A stretch of DNA of 63,407 nucleotides, filler included, from Folioceros fuciformis (lineage: Eukaryota), in the NCBI GenBank assembly GCA_049999805.1. It is 9 parts of 9 records of this genome, joined end to end, with 100 filler letters (N's around TTAATTAATTAA, not from the genome) between each part and the next. Parts side by side here need not be neighbours in the genome. Positions count along the whole stretch, not along the records: positions 21,287 to 33,615 come from JBNGIO010004477.1; positions 33,716 to 40,090 come from JBNGIO010004479.1; 7 more parts are not named here. The stretch is one strand, 5' to 3'. This document shows, in pieces, positions 24,005-34,234 of this stretch (positions within the stretch are counted from its first letter, which is position 1; each line of letters starts with the position of its first letter). The position numbers and the translations under genes were made by a program. The notes under the pieces were generated by a model. The model was given only the letters and a program-made list of their open reading frames with translations. It was not told the origin of the DNA and did no database searches.

Positions 24005-27000
24005 GTGGTACAGGAGTCGCTTGATGGTTTGAAAAAGCTCATTACCCTTTTCTTTGCGGGAATTTTTTCCAGCGTTGGGAAGGTGACAAGGTGGGAGCAG
24101 CTATGGTTTTCTGCGTACGGGTCACTTTCGGCTAAAGTGTCTGAAGCCCAGCAAAAGGCAATGGATAAGCCGATTATTGTAGAGGAAGTGCTCCAGGCTC
24201 TAAAGGGGATGCCGAGGAATAAATCCCCAGGTCATGACGGTATCCCACATGAGTTTCTGTTATGGGGGTGGGAGTTTTATGGAGCCTTTGTTCATGGAGG
24301 TGGTGGACATGATATGGGAGGAAGGTAGCATGGGGAGTTGGTTTAACATGGGGGTCATCACCTTGTTCTCTAAGCAAGACGCCACTCTATTTATTTTCAA
24401 CTGGCGCCCAATCACCTTGCTCACAACTACGTATAAAGTCATAGCTAAGGTTCTGGCCAACCGTATCAAGCCCTCTCTGGATGACTGGATTGAGAAAGAG
24501 CAATGGGGGTTCATCCAAAACAGGTGTATCTTGGACAACCTCCTACTCTTGCGGGAAGCTAGCTATAATACGTAGGTGCAGAAGACAATTGCAGTTTTCA
24601 TTTCCCTTGATTTTTAAAAGGCTTATGATTCCATTGAGTGGCATTTCTTGTGGAGGTGCTTGCGAAGCTGTGCGTTCAAGAATAACTTCTGTAGGTGGAT
24701 CGCCATTCTGTGTGAAGATGCAGGGGCCAAGGTGGCCGTCAATGGATCCTTTACAGAGCCCTTTGGCATTCATCGGTCGGTCAGGGTTGCCCCCTTACTC
24801 CTTTCTTATTTATTATGTTACTGACTTCTTCCTCTAAGCAATTAAACAAGATCAGGCTGTTGAGGGTATTCGCAACCCAGACAGATTGCAATTAAGGGTC
24901 TTTGTGTTTGCAGACGACACCCTTCTTTTTTCCTCAGCAAAGGAGGCATCTTTGTCTGCTTTGCTTCAGCAAGTTAAGGTATTTGGGGAGTTTTCGGGAT
25001 GCAAGGTCAATTGGAACAAGACCCGCATGATGTGTCTTCATATGGACGGGGAGCTGCCTCCATGTATTCGACACATTCGAAGGGTGACGCAAGGGCTCTC
25101 TCACAAATATCTGGGGTTTCCCTTCCATGAGGGAGACGAGAACGGTGAGATAGGGAAGTATGTATGCCTCAGATTTATTCACAAAGCAGCGAGCCTGCAG
25201 CTGTTGGAACTTACCCTTGCAGGAAGGTTGGTGGTGATTAACCACATCCTAACGGCCTCTCTATGGTATTATTTGTTCTTGCGGGCTCTTTCCAAGACAG
25301 AGTTGCAGCAGGTGATAACTTCCTTCCTTTGGAAATGTGCAGGGGATAGCTCGACTGGGTGCTCCAAGGTGGCTTGGCAGCACATTATTTAGGCGCTCAG
25401 TATGGGGGGGGCTTGGGGTGGTTGATCCGGTTGCTAAGATGAAAGTCTTGCACGCTCAATGGGTGGTAAGGGCGGCGGATCCTGCCTACTACCCCTGGAA
25501 GAGCATGCTAACACAACATCTGGCGTGCACTCAAGCTATCCCTAGGGGAAGGAGACCTATCGACAACATCCTTGCTGATAAACCCCTTCTGGATACGATA
25601 GAGTGCTCCCCACTCTTCAAGTCAATATGGAGTAGCTATATAGAGGTAAAGAGGTGCATTATCACTAGTAGCCCTTCACATGTCGATGATGTTTTGGGTG
25701 TTCCCTTACAAGGTTTCTCGAGGCTGTGGGATTGTGGAGTGATTTCTTGCACCCAAGAACCACCCAAGGGCCACACATCCCCTTATTGTCGTTGCAGTCT
25801 TATGGTTCGCTCCCAAGGGAGTGAACTAGTGCCAAGGAACACTACCTATCACACTTCTACCTATCAGCCGGTCTATAGGCCTGACCATACACTCACAACA
25901 AAAAGGCTAGAAGCCTAGCCTATCCCCCAAGTCAGCTCATACACCTCACACTCCTGTTCTTCAGTCCTTCAGCTCTTCATGAATCCCACTTCAGCCCTTT
26001 CTCCTTCACCTCAGCTCTTCAAGATTCCCACTTCAATCCCTTCCTCTTCACTTCAGCCCTCCACCCTTCACTTCAACACACACTCCTGCACTTCAGCAGC
26101 TCACTCTTCACTTCTATGCATTTCACTCCAACTCTTCCTCTCTTTTCTTCAGCTGCCCCCTGGAAATTGGGACACAATGGCTTCACTCCCCGCAGCCTTC
26201 AAGCATAGTGTGGATACTAGGACTGGATAGCCCTCCAGCTCACGATCATGTTTCTTCACTTCAGCCAGCCTGCGAATCATGCAGCCCTTGCGGATCTGGC
26301 CACAGGGATCTTGACAGTCTTGGGATCTCCACGTTCCCCTAGTGGAAAGGGAAATCAGGACCTCGGTTCGATCTCAACCGGCTCAGCGCCCTAAGCCAGG
26401 AGTTCTACACACAAGGTTTCGGGACATCACACCGTAGACCGCCCCTCCTCAATAGCAGGCATGGCCCCTTATACTACCCTGGCCCAGGACCCCCATCTCT
26501 GTCTACTAGGGTTAGCCTCAGTCCACTGCCAATAGTCTCTCTCTCCGACCTAAGCCTATCCCTAATTCTAACCTAAGCCGCCCCTAACTCTGACCTAGAC
26601 CTAACTCTAACCTAACCCTAATTATGACCTAATCCTAACCCCACCTAAACCAAGCCTAACGCTAACCTCCTTGACACTAGTTGCCCCTACCAACAATCAA
26701 CCACCTTCGCCCTCAGGTCCCTCCCTCCACTCTGCTGGCCAAGACCCCTGACCCGGAAAAAGGACCCCTGACCCGGAAAAACTACCCTTCTAGTGCCCCT
26801 GAATGAGCACCTTGTGGGCTTGGCATCAGAAGCGACAACCCACCATCTCTGCCCACATAACCATCACTAGGCTTCCCACCCACTAGGAGCACACCCGTAC
26901 TAAGGGCTTTCTACCTTCAAACGACCAGGCGTGCTGCTTGCGGATGGCAAGCCGAATGCCACCTATGTCCTCTGGTTGGGGTGGTATCCCCCAGCCTCTG

Positions 27001-30000
27001 GTTGGGGTGGTGTCCCCCAGCCTCATCTGCACTCATTCTCCAGGCAGCCCACTTGGTGATTTTGAGTGTATCAAAGTGACAACACTCTTGCCTGGAACCA
27101 TCGTCTAGTAGTAGATGAGGCACACCCTCTCCACCGTCTTTCCCCTTTCTGCGAGGGCACCTGGTACTCCACACCGGCCGCTCGGCCAGACACTTCCACC
27201 GCTGCTCATTCTCTAGAGCTAGAAAGTACCCCTGCACTGCACGTTGCCTAGAGCCGTGGTTGAAGACGCTCCTCTTCTATGCATACGATTCCCCCCTCCG
27301 ATTGCACACGTCGCTACCATGGCCCGTATTCCTCCCTAGGCACCAGCCCCCGCTTCGCACTGCCCAATTTAGCACCCCTCTACAGTGTCATTGGGGCCTG
27401 CCTTCAGACCTGGCCATCCCCGAGCGCCTATGCCTACCTGGATCCCACCGGCAACCACCCCTACTAGCTGATCAACCCGGCCCCTTGCCTGCTCGACCGA
27501 CCTCCTGCCTTCCGGATTCGTCAGCCTCCAGCCTGCTCGCCAGGTCGACCAGCGCCTGGGTCAGCCAGCCCGATCTCTAGTGATCATCTCCTTGTAAATA
27601 GACTCCCCTGTTAACCAGCCGTGCCGTCCTAGCTGGCTGAACTCGGCGCCGCCCTGCCTCCAGCTGCATCTAGCCAACCAGCCCCAGGCGCTCTGCCCCC
27701 ATATCAGCTAGCCATCCTGCTACAACCCGATCTGCCTCTGTAGCTGGCCAGCGGCTGCCTGGCATGAACCTCACTTGCCCGCTAGCACTGCAAGCACGGC
27801 CCGAATCAACTCGAGGCCTGCCTGGCTTGGATCCAACATCGCCCCTAGCTTGCCACACTACCAGTCTGAACCCGGCCAGTCGCCAGCCCCAGCCACCTAC
27901 CCGGCCATCGAATCCAACCCTGGCCAGCCTGCTGGGTCCTTCAGCCACCGGCCCTACCTGATCTATTGGTCGGCCATCGGCTTGGCTGCTGCGCACAGCC
28001 AGCCTTTGCAGGCCAACCGCTATCTGGCCGATCAGCCAGGCCGCCTGCCTGGCACCCATCCAGATCCATCCTAGCCAGTCGCTAGGAGGCTGCCTGACTG
28101 CTTGCTAGCGGGCCACGTTTGTCTGCCGCCGTTCCACCAGCCAACTCGGCTAGCCCGACCAGCCGGACTCCTAAATCAGCCAGCCGACCTACAGGCTGGC
28201 TACTCCTGTGTGCTCCAGGTTGCCTGGCTCCCGTCGTGAGCAGCCACAACCAGCCTTAACCACGCCACCAGGACTCGACCTCGATCTGCTCCCGTCAACC
28301 TGGCTAGACGGTCAGCCAGGCTTTCTGGATCCGCCAACAACCCGCCTGCTCATCGAACAGCTAGCCGTCTACCCGATCTCTGCTAGTCCTCAGACTGTCT
28401 GCCTGGCTGCCTCCTCGCTCAACCCGAGGCTTGCCTGGCTTGGGTCCAGCGCCGCCCGTGGCTTGGCCTACAGCCTGATCCGTTGGCTGGCTGCTGATGG
28501 CCGGCTCAGCCTCTGCTGCCCGGCCCAAGTCCACCCCGGCCAGCTCCTGCAAGCCGGGCGGCTTGCCTGCTAGCAGCCCGACTTGGCCAGCCGCCATGGG
28601 CTCCTCCATCCCCAGAGGCCTCAAACCGGCCTCTTGCCTGCCGGAATTCGCTAGCCTGCTCCCGAATCATGCAGCTACTGAGCCACCTGCCGGCCTCCCG
28701 ATTCAGTCTCGGCTGCCTAGCAGTCGGGCGCTTGCCCAAAGGTCGCGTGCCCACCACGATCCAGGCCAGTCTGCCTGGCTGCTTGGGTTCCTGCAGCCAG
28801 TGACTGCCCGGCTTCCCCGGCCGCCTTGCTGCCTGATCGATCATGCCCGCCTCTTGGATCCGGCAGCCTTGCATGGCTGGGCAGGGGTGCCTGATCCTCA
28901 ACCAGCTGCTACTAGGCCAGCAACTTGCTAGGATCCCTCCCCGGCCTGGACTTCCCCCAGCCGGCCGCCTACCAAACGCCGCAAGCTAGCCTGCTCTCCT
29001 TCCGGATCCGGTCAGGCAGCCAACCTGCTCGGCCTGGCAACTTGCTGGATCCGTCCGCCAAGAGCCAACCCCTCTACGCATCCCCTGATCTAGCCAGGGG
29101 GCCACTTGAGCCCGCTGGCTGGCTAAATCCGGCTGGGAAGTCAGCCGGACCTGGCAAGCCCCCCCTTGCCAACCTGCCCGTGTGCCTAGGCTTGCTTACT
29201 GGCTAGCCCGACCTGGGTCTGGCTAGGCAGCCAGCCCACAAGGCGGCCTGCTTCTCCCGCACCTGGTTAGGTAGCCGTCTTGCACTAGCCTGCTTGCCCG
29301 ATTCCCCTGGCCATCGCCCGCTGGCCCAAGCCGACTGGCCAGAGGCCACTAGCTGGCCTCCGGCCTCTAGATCTAGCTAGGTAGCCAGCCTGCTCGGCCT
29401 GGCTGCTTGCTGGATCCACTTGCCTAGAGACCAGGCTAGCCTGCCTGGCTGCTTGGGCTCCTGCAGCCAGGCCGGTGCTTGGATTCCGGATCCAGTAGGT
29501 AGCCAGCCTGCCGATCGACACCCCCTCCGGCCAGGACTCCCCTGGCCAATCGGCCACCCTAGGCGACTGCCCGGCTGCCTGGATCCGCCTACAGGCTGCC
29601 CTTGCCGCTGGGGCGCCGGCCAGCTCCTCAGCAGCCGCTGCCAAGCTACCTGGCGTTTGCCTGGATGCCTGGCCGAAATCGCCTGCTTCTGGCCTGCCCG
29701 CTAGCTGGCTGGCGATCCGGCCAGCACCTGTTTGGGCCCGCCGCGACGAGTCGTCATGACCCGGCCCTGCCCAGCCAACCTGCTGGTTTCTTGGTCCAGC
29801 TGCAACCAGCCTGACTCCAGAATCATGCAGGCGGCCGTCATCTGCCGCTGCTGGTTAGATCTCTCCACCGCCAGCCACCCCACCGACCGGATTTCGGCCT
29901 ACCCACCTGCTTGGCTAGCAAATCAGCCCGGCCTCCCAATCCAGCCAGGCAGCCCGCTTGCTTGGCATGGGTGCCTGCTGGGCCGCCTGGCTCCTACAGC

Positions 30001-32330
30001 CAGGCACTTCACCCCCGCGGCCTCCCAATCAGCTCCCCGCCCTGCAGCCATCAAATGCCCGACTCAAGCCCACCCCGGCCAGCGCCTTGCAAGCCAGGCG
30101 CCTTCCTGCTATCAGCCCGACTTGACCAGCCGCCATGCTTGATCCACTCAGGCAGCCGGCTTGCTGGCCTGCCTACCTTCGTCCCGGCCCACTCCTGTGG
30201 TCGGTCCGACTCCTAGTTCCTAGACCCTGTTGCCAGCCTGACCGGCCCTAGCTGCAGCTTGCATGCAGCTGGCCGACCTAGTTGCTCGTCAGGTTCCTCA
30301 ACAGCCAGGGGGCCCCTGGCTTGCTTGTGCTACCCACTCAAATGGGCTGGGCTGGGCTGTCTAGCGTTCCGGCCAAACCCGCTTGGATCGCCTGCCGGGA
30401 GACCTGCCCCTCAGCACCCGCTGCCATCCATTATCGCTTGGATCAGCCCAAGGCCTGTCTGGCCTGGATCCAGCGCCACCTCAGGCTGCCTACCTGACCA
30501 CCTCTAGCTGCAGCCAGCCAGCGGCCGCATGGCGATCCGGCCAGGCCCACCTACCAGGATCTGCCCAACCAGCCGCCCGTTCTGCTCCCCCGTTACCTTA
30601 CCCCGAGGAACCAGAGCCCGTGCCCTATCTACCACACAACCTACCTACTCTATCGACTCACCATAAATCTAGCTACTATTTTAGCCTAATCTCCCAACCT
30701 TTCCTCTACAACACTCACTCACAGATCCAAAAAAAAAAAGAAAACCTATCCTTTCCCAGGGGTCTGTTCAGCATGTGGAGTCCACAGGGATCAAGAGTTT
30801 CGGGCAAGGGTGTATCGGTCCCAAATTTTTGGATTGGCATGTCGGAAAGGGGTCATCCAACTTGGTCACTTATGGAACAAAACAGAGGCCCGCTGCAAGG
30901 AGGTGGAGGAGGTTAAGGGTGAATTTGGTCTAGTGAATAGACATGTTAGGCTCATTTTTTCATGGCTGCAGGAGGAGTTAGAGGGTAAGGTACAATAGGT
31001 GCTAAGGCAACAACCTACTCGGGGAACTGAGGGGTGGTTTGCGTACTCCATGCATAGTAGGGGAGTCGACTATGAGGAGGATGAACATGAGGAAGACCTA
31101 GAACTAGATAGGGCTATTTGGCTTGTGGGTACGAAGGACAATGAAGCAGGGCGGTCCTTCAAGGTCTATTCACCAGAAGGGCTTCTGGCAAATCAGGGCA
31201 GGGATGAAGGAGATATCCGTAGAGGGGAACTAAGAGCCATCACGGTCCTCTAAGTCTGTTCACGCAGGGCGATGGTGCACTCAAGATGAGCGTCCTAGTA
31301 GGCCACAAACCTCGGACAAGCCAGTCGTAAGGTGTTGGTTTCGGCTTTTGGAAAATTGGGATTTGGCTTTAAGACCAGATCTCTACAAATGGCCCAGGGG
31401 GCCAGGATGCAAGGCGGTAAAACCTCGATCTTTCTTCAACCTTCCAACGCTGGACCTCTTCCTCTGGATGGTACGAACGTAGAAACTCAAGCAACGGCAA
31501 CCAATGGCTCCCAGGTTACAGCTCTCTGTGCGGCTATTAAGCTGCTTTGGAAGTCAGTAAGAATTCCTCCCAAGGGTTTGGTGTTTTTTTCAAGCTTGTT
31601 TGCCTAACGCGGATCGGTGGGATGGGTTGTTGGTTGCCACTGGAGAAGACCAGTGTCGATTGTGTTCCTTTGGTGCCCTAAACACAAGCCAACACATGTT
31701 CTTCTATTGTTGTTTTGCCCAAGAGATTTGGAGCGAGGTGGGTCGCTGGTTGCAGAGGATCCTCCTTGACTCCAACCTCAGAATCACGAAGCAAACCACT
31801 TTATTTGGACTGGATGCTACCTCGGGCAAAGCGTTACTTCAAACGCAATGGTGGGGTTTACCATGGTCCTCGTACCTGTTTCATCTTTGGGTCAACTGGT
31901 CTACCGTGGTTTAGGGTGCTAATGTGCCAGCTTCGCCTAAGGCTCTACTATGGCGCATCTGGGAGCATTTGCTTATTGCGGTAGAAAGTTTGAAGCAGGC
32001 TCATCCGAAACAGTTCAAGCGGAGTGATTGGAGGTTGGCCGGTTTCCTAGCTTCTGGGAGCGACGATCAGTGGAACCACACCTGCCCTTGGGGTAGGTGA
32101 ACCCCCCTGGCCCCCGAATGAAGGTGAGGTGAAAGTCTGGTGGTTCTTAGCAGTTTGCCATTTTTTGGGTGGTGGGGCGTGTTGTCTGGGTCCTATCCAG
32201 AATGCTGGACACGGGGTCGGTTTTTTCACCCGAGCATGGTACTCATGTTATGTAAATATGTAGGCAGGGATCCCCTTAGTATTGTAAGAGGAGATCAATA
32301 TTAATCAGAACTCTTTTCTTCGCGAAAAAA
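24005..32330 (+). mobile_element. L1-like non-LTR retrotransposon ORF2 (degenerate), split by a 5-kb insertion, ending in a short A tail
   Basis: KSPGHDG, NWRPITLL..YKVIAK.LANR, LDF.KAYD, FADD, KVNWNKT, KYLGFP at 24180-25400. Resumes at 30787; zf-RVT-like CRLC..HMFFYC..A..IW near 31650-31740; ends TTCTTCGCGAAAAAA at 32330. Many stops and frameshifts. Confidence 0.93.
25733..30786 (-). mobile_element. 5,054-bp non-coding element with TGTGGA...TCCACA ends and 5-bp TSD (probable giant solo LTR), copy 1
   Basis: GGGAT at 25728-25732 and 30787-30791; inverted 6-bp termini; no internal direct LTR pair or TE ORF. Strand inferred from TATAAG at 26473-26468. Confidence 0.88.
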
Positions 32331-32576
32331 GCCCACAACTCCATATAGCTTCATGCGTTGATTAGCTACACCATTTGTGTTTCGATATTTACATATTTGT
32401 CCGTACTAGTCTTTCACCTCATTTGTCGGATATGAGTAAAATAAAATTATAGCAAAAGCTTACTGATATCCCGTATGGAGTCAACTTGTGCTTGGACTTA
32501 GGCCGGGTTTACATTGTGATCGAGTTGTCAGGGAGAAACAAACAACAGCCAACGTCAGCGACACACGTTCGCTAGG

Positions 32577-33615
32577 ATGCCTGCTGATTTTCAGCAACAG
32601 GAGCAGCAACTAGCAGCGTTGTCACATGAAGGAGTCAATGTGGAGCAGCCATACCTGAATTCAATAGTTGTTTTTGCTCAACGATGGGTGAATGCACCTT
32701 GCATCAGCATGTCTGATCTAGGCATGACTGTTAAGCAAGCACAACAGTGGTTGACAGGGTGGCAAGGACGTAGTGCACATGTTGCGAAGAAAGAAGATGA
32801 GTGTGGAGAGTTGGAAGGAAAGCCAGCTAGGAGTCTGGCAGCTAGAAGATTAGCAAATGTAAATGTGGCATCGGTAGATAATTGTGCAAGGCATGTTCAG
32901 ATAGAAGGGTTTGCACCAGCCAAAGTACTTGTGGATACAGGTGCACAACTAGTGTTGATAGGAAGGAGGGTGGCGGAAGCCTTACAGCTACATGGAGACA
33001 AGTTGAAACCACCAAGGTGGAACATATGTACGGCGGCTGGCACGACTGAGTCTGTGTTAGGAGAGACGGCCAAATCGTTGAATAAAGCATTGAAGCCAAG
33101 GACAAATGATGCTACATGCATTAAAGTTACTTGTTTGGCTACTTATGCGGCCAATTACGATAACTCCTTATTCAGTTGCTTATGTAACGCATGTACTCAT
33201 GCTGCAACCTGAGCTACGGATCATCGGATTTTTTTTCTTCGCGAAAAAAAAAAGTTATGCGGCCGATTACGATGTTTTGTTAGGGTCTGAAGCATTGTAC
33301 TTGCCTGGGGGAGGAGTTGACAATTGGACAGAGCAAATGTTCTTTCGTGCAAAGTGGAAAGAAGGAGTAGGAACATTGGCATTTGTGCCATTGTCGTTGT
33401 TGCGCCCGGAACAAGCGGCAATGATGGCTTGCACGGTATATCAAGTGTGTACAACAAGTCTAGAGCTGAGGGAGTCAGTGGCATTAATGCATGAGCTGGA
33501 AGAAGAGGATAGCGTCGAAGAAGCCACATTTGAGAGCTTGCTGGTGGAAGTGGCAATGGAGCAACAAAGGCAAACAATAGCACCTTTACAAATCCAAGGT
33601 AGGCCTGCATTTCAG
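32577..33615 (+). mobile_element. Ty3/Gypsy-type aspartic protease region
   Basis: VLVDTGAQLVLIG catalytic motif and YDVLLG; interrupted at 33162-33254. Confidence 0.75.
33162..33254 (+). mobile_element. 93-bp non-LTR (LINE 3' end or SINE-like) insertion with 19-bp TSD
   Basis: TTATGCGGCC(A/G)ATTACGAT at 33143-33161 and 33255-33273; insert ends TTCTTCGCG(A)10G. Confidence 0.88.
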
Positions 33616-33715
33616 NNNNNNNNNNNNNNNNNNNNNNNNNNNNNNNNNNNNNNNNNNNNTTAATTAATTAANNNNNNNNNNNNNNNNNNNNNNNNNNNNN
33701 NNNNNNNNNNNNNNN
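33616..33715. other. Artificial scaffold linker
   Basis: 44N-TTAATTAATTAA-44N. Confidence 0.98.
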
Positions 33716-33959
33716 CTCTAGCTCTAGCTAGGGCATGGCCTCCATGGCCGTTCATGCCAACCAAGCAATCAGCCAGCCTATCGTCAGACCCTAACCCCTG
33801 ACAGTGACATATCCAGATACCCGTTCCTATGTTCAAACCATTATTATATTATTTTTATTATTTAATATTATTATTTAATTATTTAATATTATATATCTTT
33901 AATTAATATTAAACTAATCACCCAACCCTATGGCCTGGTACCGAACCTAAACCTTCCCA

Positions 33960-34121
33960 GGTTTGGGACCAAACCTATACCCACTCTTATCACCAAACCA
34001 ACTATTTCCTGGTCAATTAACCTAATTAGCACAAAGAAAAATAGGAAAAATGACCAGAAAATCAAGGAAAATTAGGGAAAATAAGTTGAGAAAGAAAACC
34101 AAACCATACCACTATTAACCC
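33960..34121 (+). repeat. Dispersed AT-rich repeat, second copy at 61227-61387
   Basis: Shared GGGACCAAAC.TATACCCACTCTTA..ACCAAACCAACTATTTCCT.GTCAATTAACCTAATTAGCACAAAGAAAAATAGGAAAAAT...CCACTATTAACC. Confidence 0.88.
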
Positions 34122-34234
34122 TTTTTCAACCAAANNNNNNNNNNNNNNNNNNNNNNNNNNNNNNNNNNNNNNNNNNNNNNNNNNNNNNNNNNNNNNNNNN
34201 NNNNNNNNNNNNNNNNNNNNNNNNNNNNNNNNNN

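Noticed and set aside
27260-30600. Many overlapping P/A/L/G-rich ORFs (also 34660-37280)
   Set aside because: Expected from GC-rich low-complexity DNA; they appear in all frames and show no domain motifs.
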